This document shows positions 32,201 through 40,507 of a stretch of 64,000 nucleotides of DNA, piece by piece. The DNA comes from a bacterium (GTDB lineage Bacteria; Zhuqueibacterota; Zhuqueibacteria; Residuimicrobiales; Krinioviventaceae). The stretch's first letter is position 1, and every line of letters begins with the position of its first letter. Location: the NCBI GenBank assembly GCA_963693055.1, contig OY843751.1, positions 4,224,001 to 4,288,000 of the forward strand, given 5' to 3'. The notes below the pieces were generated by a model, which was not told the origin of the DNA, did no database searches, and saw nothing but the letters and a program-made list of their open reading frames with translations. The translations under genes and the position numbers were made by a program.

Positions 32201-33444
32201 AACCGGCCTTTAACGGCATCCGGTCCCAAAGCAGGATTTTGTGAAAGCACCAATCCCGCGGCCGCTGAAACAAAAGGTGCGGCAAAAGAAGTTCCGTTCA
32301 TACTGCTGTAACTATTATCCAGGTCTGCTGTTAGGATTTCAGAACCCGGAGCGGTCATGTCCACAGAAGGTCCGTAATTTGAAAACCCGGAAATAAAATC
32401 ATCACTATCAGTTGAACCCACGGATATGGTTTCAACAAATGCAGAAGGATAATGCACGGCATCGGTTGAAGAGTTTCCCGCGCTTGCCACCATAACCACA
32501 CCCTGCGAAGCAGCATAATTTACTACGTCTTGCACCAACCGGGTTACAAAGACATCTCCCCAACTCATATTGATAATCTGTGCACCATTTTTAACCGCAT
32601 ATAAAATGGCTGAAGCCACATCATCCTCTTCACCATTACCCCCGGCAGTAAATGCTCGCAATGCCATTACCCGGCAGCCGGGTGCGGTTCCGGCAATACC
32701 TATATTATTATTTGTAACACCGGCAATAATGCCGGAAACTCCGGTCCCGTGCCCCATTTCGTCCATGGGATCATTATCACGCTCAAGATAATCTCCACCA
32801 TCCGGATAATTGGGAGCATCAGTAAAATCCCAACCCAATATATCATCAACAAATCCATTATTATCGTCATCAATTCCGTTATGATCTGCAAAATCTTCAA
32901 TACCATTACCATTCAGGTCTTCACCGGGATTAATCCACACATTTTCCTGTAAATCCTCGTGATTATAATCCACACCCGTATCAATAACTGCAATCAATAC
33001 TTCTTTTTCACCTTGTTCAATATCCCAGGCATCAAATGCTTTGATTTTCGACAATGCCCACTGCTCATTTATTTTGCTGTCATTGGGTTCATAATCAAGC
33101 TTGAATGAACGGTTGGGCTGCACATAGATTACACCATCCTGATTTATTAATTGCTCCAGCGCAGATTCAGCATCCTTTTGTAAAGTAAACGAGCATGTAA
33201 TCCAGCTTGCGAGATACTTATTCTCTAACGGTGAATGTGAATCTGCAAACACGGGTTTTACCTGATTTGCAGAAAAGGCGTTCAATACCTTGTCAATATT
33301 TGCAATCCCCGTTGTGTTTAAAGATGCATTTTGCTTACGCAGCGCGTAAACTTTAGGATCAATCTTTATCAATAGTTGCTGTGAAATGGATGTACCCGTA
33401 ATCAGCAACACAGAGATCCATATATGTATAAATTTTATTCTCAT
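29248..33444 (-). CDS. secreted S8 (subtilisin-like) peptidase with FG-GAP/VCBS repeats, FN3/Ig-like domains and a T9SS-type C-terminal domain
   Basis: Triad VIDTG / GHGT / GTSFAAP; GDFDADG..D repeats; C-term FPNPY...WD...GNPVASGIYIY...KLAIIR. Confidence 0.9.
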   Translation of the reverse strand: MRIKFIHIWISVLLITGTSISQQLLIKIDPKVYALRKQNASLNTTGIANIDKVLNAFSANQVKPVFADSHSPLENKYLASWITCSFTLQKDAESALEQLINQDGVIYVQPNRSFKLDYEPNDSKINEQWALSKIKAFDAWDIEQGEKEVLIAVIDTGVDYNHEDLQENVWINPGEDLNGNGIEDFADHNGIDDDNNGFVDDILGWDFTDAPNYPDGGDYLERDNDPMDEMGHGTGVSGIIAGVTNNNIGIAGTAPGCRVMALRAFTAGGNGEEDDVASAILYAVKNGAQIINMSWGDVFVTRLVQDVVNYAASQGVVMVASAGNSSTDAVHYPSAFVETISVGSTDSDDFISGFSNYGPSVDMTAPGSEILTADLDNSYSSMNGTSFAAPFVSAAAGLVLSQNPALGPDAVKGRLLSSADDLGTKGTDTYFRAGRLNLLTLVESFLASIVRIDEPMLDQGISEDYIDIYGSAWSPMLESYSLSYGVGANPDTWTLIERFEDKRVLDGYLGSWDPLPGSEGEYTLRLLVENRDGSKVESNTRVFVDKSAPVISNIDIIPMYDSDLHSVLIQFSTDDLCEGSIYYRPFGSNAGFTEAAMAYRTRELRYHLSQSEITADLELYVKAVNGAGLESIDDNNGQYYLVNLDKDPTSVTNYSPVNLMLPFGHLLNNSFDYNQNGLPELLFSADEQGNIGDVRFWEYNGEELAEIAIVEGSLIPRDMADITGDGVPELLCGFGFSSYIYTPAESGGFPVQLFKELTGSSSEQFWASRFADADQDGKAEMIIRYVTTETDRFEIWELQGGDFVSVAALENLTDGENINGVPHVEIGDFDADGYTDILMGDNDGDIYIYENTGDDSYSSVWFDSLPLMDSIDFIRAGDFDGDGEDEFIAGCHSDPNLNTEHFYDARHWYFAIYDKAGNNQYERSAEWRFFGFESVRDFPSGVSCGDLNNDGDDEIILTLFPDLYIVEYQADAGYVIDYHYQTALSNSCIVADADRDGRTEFFAGTGEYTRSFNLVGDLTGPAIPVGLSATPLNENQIALNWRNVDGAAAYQVYRGTTPFELFPLALVTENKYMDTSVKTDSLYWYALISVSNDIPAQPSGLSMLVSARPGAKPFLESAKAESAQSIRLYFSEPMGDDLKNASHYTLSNGYGRPSSAAVDASGQQVLLSWKEPMAFGTYTISCNDIADADRTPLDTLRNSATVTISFTQSAPYLAGGSLKGNHALELYYSEAMGPSVEIADNYDMGEDIKVVSAVLHDELYVTLTLETDVAFGALGSSYTVRVENVASQAGVPIEAGRGDVLTLLFNRNDLSQVIAFPNPYRPGLGTDKITFGNLTKTAEIRIMTEHGLHVRTLEETDGNGGKDWDLCDESGNPVASGIYIYRVKNDDQDVLGKLAIIR

Positions 33445-34352
33445 GATTTTTCTTTCAAAATATATACCGGCAAAATGCGTGGAATCAGTATAATTAGTAG
33501 TAAAAATTTTATAATACAGGTGGCCATTCGGTTGTAGAATGTTTTATCATATTTCCGAAAATACGCTGCAAACGAACGGTGCGACGAAACTATCATAGCG
33601 TCTCTAACCTGATAAATACTGGCCCCTTTTAAATGATACACAAAAGTATCACTGGAAAAATATATTCGCTCACCGTTTTCATAAACACGCCTGCACCAAT
33701 CCACATCACTAAAAAACATGGGGAACCGCTCATCCAGCAAACTGGTTTTTAGCAATACATCTCTATTCATTAAAAGAAACGCACCTTGAGGCTGTTCCAC
33801 AAATTCTGAATGATTATGATCAAAGTCCGGCATTCTCCAGCGGTTAAATTGAGGGCTCCCGGGAAATATTCTCGCCAGTCCCAACAATTCACTCACAACA
33901 TCCATTTTGCGTGGAAATCGCCTGCATGACGGCTGAATTTCACCCCAGGGATACCGCAATTGCGGAGCAATTACACCCGCTTTTTGCTTTTTCATCTGTT
34001 CAAATAAAATTTCAAACGTATCTTTGCGGCAAACAATATCCGGATTCAGAATCAGTACATATTCTCCGCTGCAAAGCTTTACCCCCTGGTTAACACCTCG
34101 GGTAAATCCGGTATTTTGTTGGTTTGGAATAAAATTTAATGATGTAAAAGATAATGTATCTAAAATTTGATGTATTTCAGTTACCGTATCATCCTGACTC
34201 TTGTTGTCAATAAGCACCAGTTGACTTGAATAACCATCTAACGCGTCGGCAAGACTTTTCAATGTCTGTTTGATGTGGGACTGATTATTAAAGGTGACAA
34301 TAACAATGGAAATTTGAAATGTAATACTCCCGGACTCTCTATTCACGAGCAT
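33441..34352 (-). CDS. glycosyltransferase family 2
   Basis: SIVIVTFN, IDNKSQD, NTGF..GVNQG, LNPD, LDERF.MF.SDVDWC. Confidence 0.9.
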   Translation of the reverse strand: MLVNRESGSITFQISIVIVTFNNQSHIKQTLKSLADALDGYSSQLVLIDNKSQDDTVTEIHQILDTLSFTSLNFIPNQQNTGFTRGVNQGVKLCSGEYVLILNPDIVCRKDTFEILFEQMKKQKAGVIAPQLRYPWGEIQPSCRRFPRKMDVVSELLGLARIFPGSPQFNRWRMPDFDHNHSEFVEQPQGAFLLMNRDVLLKTSLLDERFPMFFSDVDWCRRVYENGERIYFSSDTFVYHLKGASIYQVRDAMIVSSHRSFAAYFRKYDKTFYNRMATCIIKFLLLIILIPRILPVYILKEKS

Positions 34353-34394
34353 ATCTCTTAATAAAAGACCGTTATTGCTAACGGCCCCAAAATT

Positions 34395-36506
34395 TTATTC
34401 ATTTTCTTCGAGTTTTTTGCGCAGGTATTCCAGTTTTGATTGATACCACTCATTTTCAGGACTTTTTTCCAACAGCATTTCAAAAACATTAATTGCTTTT
34501 GCATACTGACCCTGAGCAGCATAAATTTCACCCAAGGTTGGGGTAACAAACTTTTCTTTTGGCTTTTCTTCCGAATCATCATCAGAGACAGCTTGAGTTT
34601 GTTTATTGGAATCATGTGGTTCCGGCGCACTGATAAATTCAGCAGTAGGTTTATCATCTTGCTCAAATTCAGACATTTGGGCACGCGGAGTTGTCTCTTC
34701 CTGCTCGTACTCGCTTACAACTTCGTCTTTAAATTCTTTGGGATCACCCAATCCGGCGAGGAAATCACTGAATTGTTCTTCATCCTCATCAAGTCCTTCA
34801 TCTTCCTGAACATGCACTGCACCTGTTTCAATAATTTCCTGCGTTTCATCTTCTTCAAAAGCCATAAATCCATCAGGAATATGGGGTTCTTCTGCCTGGC
34901 TTTCCAACCCTTCCTGTTCAGGAATTTGCTCAGCCTCTTCTGCTTTTGTCATCAAAAGGTCTTCAGGCGAAGCATCTTCATCTTCTTCATCTGTATCTGT
35001 ATCAAAAAATGCATTGGCTGCAAGGTCATCATCTATCTGCATTTCATCAAAGTTATAAGAATCATCCAGTTCTGAAGCACCTTCAGACTCGGTAATAACT
35101 TGTTCCAGTTTATCACGTGTTTCAGATTCCTTGCGTTCTTCTTCTTCAACATCCTGACTAAAGATACCATCAAGTATATCTGAATATTTATCACTTTCTT
35201 CCCGAACTGAATCATTAGCTACATGAGGCATATCAGCTTCTTCATCAAATTCTACCTCTGGCTCTGATTGCGGTTCTTCACGAGTTAAAATTGGTTGTTC
35301 AGGAAGACCTGCTTCAGTCTCTTGTTGTTCAAATCCCGACTCATCAGGTGTTTCAAAATATGTTTCCGTTTCAGTATCAGTTTCATCTTGTTCTTCATCG
35401 GTTGCAAACAGTTGCATATCATCGTCATCATCCGAAGCGGTCATGGGAAAAATACTGTCTTCCTGAGCCCCACCAAAAATATCATCAGTAGAAGGTTGAA
35501 TATTCTCATCCTTCATTTCATCATCTACAACATCCTGATCAAAAACAGATTCATCAGCTTCGGGTTCCATAAATCCTTGTGCATTATCTTCAACAGTTGG
35601 GAATGTCTGTGTAAAATCATCCTGTTCTATAAAAGAATCATCAACACCAAACGTTTCCGTATCCGACAACGATTCGGTTTCATCTGCAACAGAAAAAATA
35701 TCATCAATCTGTTCATCATCTTGATCTTCATCCTGATCTTCAGTTACCATAGTATCCTGAAAAACAGAATCAGAGTCTACATTAAATTGATCATCTGAAC
35801 TTTCGGATCCATTTTCAAAAAGGGCTTCAACTGTTTCATCAGCTAGACGGTAATCGTCCATATCGGTATCTTGAATATCCTGTGCCACATCAGCATCCAG
35901 TTCTATACTGGTGTCAGAAAAGTTGTCTTCCTGTTCATCACCAAAAATGGATTCAATGGTTGCATCACTATCTTCCGCAGACGCTCCAAACATTTCATCT
36001 ACCGGTTCATGCTCACGGATCATATCATCATCTTCAGAAACCGGTTCAATATTTACTCCCGGCTCTGCAGATCGCTGTACCTCAAACACAAAATTTCCAA
36101 GAGACTCTTTCATATGTGTTTCAAGCGGATCAATCTCCAGAATTTTTTCATAACTGGTTTCTGCCGAGTTGGCCCAGCCGGTATGGGTCATCAAATCACC
36201 ATACAACTTGTGAGCGGTGAGATGATTGGACTGAATAGACAAAAGTCTCCTAAATTCCTGGTCCGCTTGTTCAAAGTCACTGGTTTTCATATAACATTTT
36301 GCCAAAACCAGATGTGCATTTGAATATTCAGGGTGCTCTTCAAGTCCACGATTGCAGATATCTATCGCCTGATCATATTCTTCCATCTGCATATAACGTT
36401 CAGCAAGTCTGGCAAAAAGCATGGATTGAGGATTTAACTCGATACGTTTCTGCAGCCACTTAATTTCATCTGTTAAATTCTTGAACATAATATCACCCTT
36501 ATGCAA
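34395..36506 (-). CDS. TPR protein with a long Asp/Glu-rich disordered linker and a C-terminal TPR
   Basis: N-term TPRs (FARLAERY, AHLVLAKCY), ~500 aa acidic low-complexity centre, C-term FVTPTLGEIYAAQG motif; true start may be the second Met (36488). Confidence 0.8.
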   Translation of the reverse strand: MHKGDIMFKNLTDEIKWLQKRIELNPQSMLFARLAERYMQMEEYDQAIDICNRGLEEHPEYSNAHLVLAKCYMKTSDFEQADQEFRRLLSIQSNHLTAHKLYGDLMTHTGWANSAETSYEKILEIDPLETHMKESLGNFVFEVQRSAEPGVNIEPVSEDDDMIREHEPVDEMFGASAEDSDATIESIFGDEQEDNFSDTSIELDADVAQDIQDTDMDDYRLADETVEALFENGSESSDDQFNVDSDSVFQDTMVTEDQDEDQDDEQIDDIFSVADETESLSDTETFGVDDSFIEQDDFTQTFPTVEDNAQGFMEPEADESVFDQDVVDDEMKDENIQPSTDDIFGGAQEDSIFPMTASDDDDDMQLFATDEEQDETDTETETYFETPDESGFEQQETEAGLPEQPILTREEPQSEPEVEFDEEADMPHVANDSVREESDKYSDILDGIFSQDVEEEERKESETRDKLEQVITESEGASELDDSYNFDEMQIDDDLAANAFFDTDTDEEDEDASPEDLLMTKAEEAEQIPEQEGLESQAEEPHIPDGFMAFEEDETQEIIETGAVHVQEDEGLDEDEEQFSDFLAGLGDPKEFKDEVVSEYEQEETTPRAQMSEFEQDDKPTAEFISAPEPHDSNKQTQAVSDDDSEEKPKEKFVTPTLGEIYAAQGQYAKAINVFEMLLEKSPENEWYQSKLEYLRKKLEENE

Positions 36507-36580
36507 TACTAACTAAAAAAATTTACGTTTTTCATAATAAAAATGCAACAAATTTCTATAAAATCAATATGTTACTCTAC

Positions 36581-37075
36581 TTACCACCCCGAAACGGTTT
36601 TATTCAATATCTCTTCACTAGTTTTTTCGATAGCTTCGGTAATTGCGGCCAGACGTCCATCTGCACCTTCTGCAGGGTCATAGGTTCCGAACTGGGTTAA
36701 ACGCTCATCCCACATGACCTGACGTTTCACCTGGTCCGTGCACTTGATCTTGACTGTAACATATATTTTCAGATCTTCTACTTCCTCCGATTGTGTATAA
36801 GCGCCGGCCCGGTCATCAATTCGAATGATGGATCCCTCTACCAGCACATCCGAACTGCCCCGCTCCGATATCCTTAACGAACCGTCACGTGTAAACTCGT
36901 CAATCAGAGTATCTGTCATTTCCTCAGCAACACCAAATTCCGCAGTTCGATTATCAAACAAGGGAATCGCAACAGTATTCAAATGTGGCGGCAAAGATCC
37001 TGAAAAAGAATAAAAGCCACAATGCATTACGGTTATCAATGTTACGGTTATCAAAATATATACTATTTTTTTCAT
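36581..37075 (-). CDS. lptE: LptE-family LPS assembly lipoprotein
   Basis: Lipoprotein-type start VMHCGFYSFSG, TVAIPLFDNRT, C-term KTVSGW, as in FCB-type LptE. Confidence 0.8.
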   Translation of the reverse strand: MKKIVYILITVTLITVMHCGFYSFSGSLPPHLNTVAIPLFDNRTAEFGVAEEMTDTLIDEFTRDGSLRISERGSSDVLVEGSIIRIDDRAGAYTQSEEVEDLKIYVTVKIKCTDQVKRQVMWDERLTQFGTYDPAEGADGRLAAITEAIEKTSEEILNKTVSGW

Positions 37076-38262
37076 TTTTCACGTAAACCATATTGATTAA
37101 TTTTTCGATACAAGGTCCGTTCGCTTAATCCCAGTATCTGTGCGGCCTTGCGTTTGCTGCCTCCTGTCTTTTGCAGCGTTTTTTCAATCAACTGCCTTTC
37201 CATATCTGCAACCGAAGTCTGATCGACAGGTTGTTGTGGAGTCGGTTGTGAATATTCATTGGGCAATTCATCCCGCCAAGCCCCTAACCGATAGGGTGAA
37301 ACGCCTCCGCCTGCCAGAATAATTTCACGCAACTGTGCAATCTCGTCCTTGATCTCTAACAATACCCTGAATAAAAATTCACGCTCCATTTCATCCTTGG
37401 GTTTATTCAGAGGAACAGGCAGACTTTTATCAAAGGGTTCTTCCTGAGGAAGATACTTGTCTAACACAAATTCGTCTATTTTTCGTCCTCGTTCAAGCAC
37501 AATAACCTTTTCAACGAGATTTTTCAACTCTCGAATATTCCCCGGCCAACTGTACTCTTGCAGTCTGAATATGGAATTAGGAGTAAATCCCTGAAATTCG
37601 ATCAGATTCTCGCGGCTGAATTCCGAAGCGAATTTCTTGACCAGTACCGGAATATCTTCACGACGTTCACGCAAGCTCGGCACTTTGACGTGCATGGCGT
37701 TTAGCCGGTAAAACAAGTCCTGTCGAAAATTGCCTTTTCTGACCTCTTCTTCCAGATTCCGATTGGTTGCGGCAATAAACCGTATATCAACTTTATGCAA
37801 ATCTGAACCACCAACCCGAATGAATTCGCGGCCTTCAAGTACTCTTAATAATTTCACCTGAATAGACAAAGGAAGTTCACCTATCTCGTCAAGGAAAATA
37901 CTGCCGGTATCTGCCAGTTCAAAATACCCTTTTCTGGGACCTACAGCACCAGTGAACGATCCCTTTTCGTGCCCAAACAATTCAGACTCGAGAATGCCTT
38001 CGGGAATCGCCCCGCAGTTGACCGTAATCAAAGGCGCGCTGTACCGTTTACTAAGATTGTGCACAGCTTTGGCAACCAGTTCTTTACCGGTACCGCTTTC
38101 TCCTGTGATCAATACAGAGATATCCGTAGGAGCAATCTGATCCAGAGTCTCCAGCATTTGACGGACTTTATCAGAATCTCCAAGTATACCAACATGGTCC
38201 TGAATATCACGCCAGTGTTCAAAATGCTTTAAACCATTGTCATATGTTTCAGCGCTGTTCAC
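37072..38262 (-). CDS. sigma54-dependent enhancer-binding protein lacking an N-terminal regulatory domain
   Basis: Walker A GESGTGKE at ~aa 54, ESELFGHEKGSFTGA, FLDEIGE, FRQDLFYRL, WPGNIREL, Fis-type HTH. Confidence 0.92.
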   Translation of the reverse strand: MNSAETYDNGLKHFEHWRDIQDHVGILGDSDKVRQMLETLDQIAPTDISVLITGESGTGKELVAKAVHNLSKRYSAPLITVNCGAIPEGILESELFGHEKGSFTGAVGPRKGYFELADTGSIFLDEIGELPLSIQVKLLRVLEGREFIRVGGSDLHKVDIRFIAATNRNLEEEVRKGNFRQDLFYRLNAMHVKVPSLRERREDIPVLVKKFASEFSRENLIEFQGFTPNSIFRLQEYSWPGNIRELKNLVEKVIVLERGRKIDEFVLDKYLPQEEPFDKSLPVPLNKPKDEMEREFLFRVLLEIKDEIAQLREIILAGGGVSPYRLGAWRDELPNEYSQPTPQQPVDQTSVADMERQLIEKTLQKTGGSKRKAAQILGLSERTLYRKINQYGLREK

Positions 38263-38280
38263 AATTCACACCTGTTCTTG

Positions 38281-39204
38281 TTACATTTCATATTTCTTGA
38301 AATATTCTACGGTTTCTTTTAAACCTTCCTGCAGGGAAGTTTTTGGTTCCCAGCCCAGCGTTTTCTTGATTTTTTCATAGGAAACAACGCTTCTAAACTG
38401 CTCACCTTCTTTACCGGGACCATGTTGCTCTTCCAGATTTGCCCCGGTTTCTGTACTCAGAATACGATAAACATCATTAATGGTACTTTCAATACTGGTG
38501 CCCACATTAAAAATATTGTTTTCTTCATTCTGCAATGCCAGTACATTCGCACGCACAACATCTTTAACAAACACAAAATCCCTTGTCTGCTCACCGTTTC
38601 CATTTATAACCGGCTGCTGTTTTGCCAGCAACATTTTGATAAAAATAGCGACAACGCCTGCTTCACCATGCGGATTCTGACGGGGTCCATAAACATTGGC
38701 ATAACGCAATGCAGTATATTTCATTCCATAATTTAGAGCATAAAAAAACAAATACTTTTCACCTACCAGCTTGGTTATACCATAGGGACTATAAGGCTGC
38801 AGTTTGTGTTCTTCATCCGCGGGAAAATAATCCTGCTCACCATAAATAGCTCCACCGGATGAGGAAAAGATCACCTTTTTCACTCCGCTTTTGGCACTGT
38901 TTTGCAGAATATTGATAAAACCTAACACATTGTTCTTTGCGTCATAGATGGGATCTTCTACGGATTTTCTCACATCCATCTGAGCGGCCTGATGGTTCAC
39001 CACATCAATGCGGTGTTTTTGAAAAATCTCTTCAACCTCAGGATCTTGAATATTGGCGCAGATAAATTCTGCGTTTTTATTGACATTCTCTAAACGACCG
39101 GTTGACAAATCATCCAGTATGATCACCTTGTGACCAGCTTCTATATATGCATCAGCAATTTGCGAAGCGATAAATCCGGCCCCGCCAGTTACCAGTATAT
39201 TCAT
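38281..39204 (-). CDS. NAD-dependent epimerase/dehydratase (UDP-glucose 4-epimerase-like)
   Basis: TGGAGFI, SSSGGAIYG, YGITK, LRYANVYGPRQ, TRDFVFV. Confidence 0.9.
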   Translation of the reverse strand: MNILVTGGAGFIASQIADAYIEAGHKVIILDDLSTGRLENVNKNAEFICANIQDPEVEEIFQKHRIDVVNHQAAQMDVRKSVEDPIYDAKNNVLGFINILQNSAKSGVKKVIFSSSGGAIYGEQDYFPADEEHKLQPYSPYGITKLVGEKYLFFYALNYGMKYTALRYANVYGPRQNPHGEAGVVAIFIKMLLAKQQPVINGNGEQTRDFVFVKDVVRANVLALQNEENNIFNVGTSIESTINDVYRILSTETGANLEEQHGPGKEGEQFRSVVSYEKIKKTLGWEPKTSLQEGLKETVEYFKKYEM

Positions 39205-39214
39205 GATTATACTC

Positions 39215-40480
39215 CTATTTTAATGCGCGCCAGGCGATGTCACGACGATAGTATGCGCCATCAAAGGCGATTTTTCCAACACCCTTGTATACCTTATCTA
39301 TTGCCTGTTTAATATTGTCACCGGCAGCGGTAACGCCCAGTACACGTCCGCCATTAGTAACAACTTTATCTCCTTCAAAACGTGTTCCCGCATGAAAGAC
39401 CATTATATTTTCATCGATACGGCCATCAAGACCTAAAATTTCTTTACCATTTTCATATTTTCCCGGGTACCCACCGGATGCAATTACCACACATACCGCG
39501 GCACTGTCATAATTTTCAAAATCCAGATCTTTTAACGTACCGTCTCGCGATGCCATCATGGCTTCCAAAAGATCGGTTTTAACCAGCGGCAATACAGCCT
39601 GAGTTTCAGGATCTCCAAAACGGCAGTTGTATTCCAAAACTTTGGGGCCACTTTGCGTCATCATTAACCCCGCGTACAAGACACCCTTGTAGGGACGTCC
39701 TTCAAGCGCCAATCCCTTTAATGTAGGTTCCATGATTGTTTTTTTAATGTGGTCCATCATTGCTTCATCGATATACGGAGTAGGAGCATACGCACCCATA
39801 CCTCCCGTATTGGGACCTTTATCCTGATCAAAAATCCGTTTATGGTCCTGTGAGGGTGTAAGATAGACCAAGTTTTCGCCATCGGCTATGGCAAGCACAG
39901 AGACTTCGGGGCCTTCCATAAACTCTTCTATTACCACTTTGCGGCCCGCTTCGCCAAAAGCGTTTTGTTTCATAATCAGATCAATTGCATCAAAAGCCTG
40001 TTCACGGGTCATGCACACAATGGCGCCTTTACCGGCTGCCAATCCATCCGCTTTGACCACTATGGGTATGACACTGTTTTCCAGATACTCACGTGCCTCA
40101 TTATACTCGGTAAACACTTTATAAGTTGCAGTAGGAATGTCATATTTATCCAGCAGGTATTTGCAAAAAGTTTTGCTTCCCTCAAGTTCCGCGGCTTTTT
40201 CACTGGGACCAAAAACTGGCATACTGTTTTTTTCAAACTCATCAACAATACCCATTACCAACGGCAGTTCTGGCCCAACAACCGTAAAGTCTACATTTTT
40301 TTCCATAGCAAACTGTAACAATCCCTGTATATCTGTAACAGGTATGTCTCTGCACTCTGCAATTTGAGCAATACCTGCGTTACCCGGTGCGCAAAAAACA
40401 TTGGTAACCAGCTCACTCTGTTTTAACTTCCAAACCAAAGCATGTTCACGGCCGCCGCCGCCAACAACCAGTATATTCAT
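39215..40480 (-). CDS. purD: phosphoribosylamine--glycine ligase
   Basis: GGGGREHA, VGPELPL, KADGLAAGKG, GPNTGGMGAY, EYNCRFGDPETQ. Confidence 0.98.
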   Translation of the reverse strand: MNILVVGGGGREHALVWKLKQSELVTNVFCAPGNAGIAQIAECRDIPVTDIQGLLQFAMEKNVDFTVVGPELPLVMGIVDEFEKNSMPVFGPSEKAAELEGSKTFCKYLLDKYDIPTATYKVFTEYNEAREYLENSVIPIVVKADGLAAGKGAIVCMTREQAFDAIDLIMKQNAFGEAGRKVVIEEFMEGPEVSVLAIADGENLVYLTPSQDHKRIFDQDKGPNTGGMGAYAPTPYIDEAMMDHIKKTIMEPTLKGLALEGRPYKGVLYAGLMMTQSGPKVLEYNCRFGDPETQAVLPLVKTDLLEAMMASRDGTLKDLDFENYDSAAVCVVIASGGYPGKYENGKEILGLDGRIDENIMVFHAGTRFEGDKVVTNGGRVLGVTAAGDNIKQAIDKVYKGVGKIAFDGAYYRRDIAWRALK

Positions 40481-40507
40481 TTTTGGTCCTTTCAGATAAA
40501 TTTCAGG

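Noticed and set aside
34440-36323. Long plus-strand ORFs opposite the acidic TPR gene
   Set aside because: Antisense artefacts of GAT/GAA-rich codons, giving Phe/Ile/Ser-rich translations.
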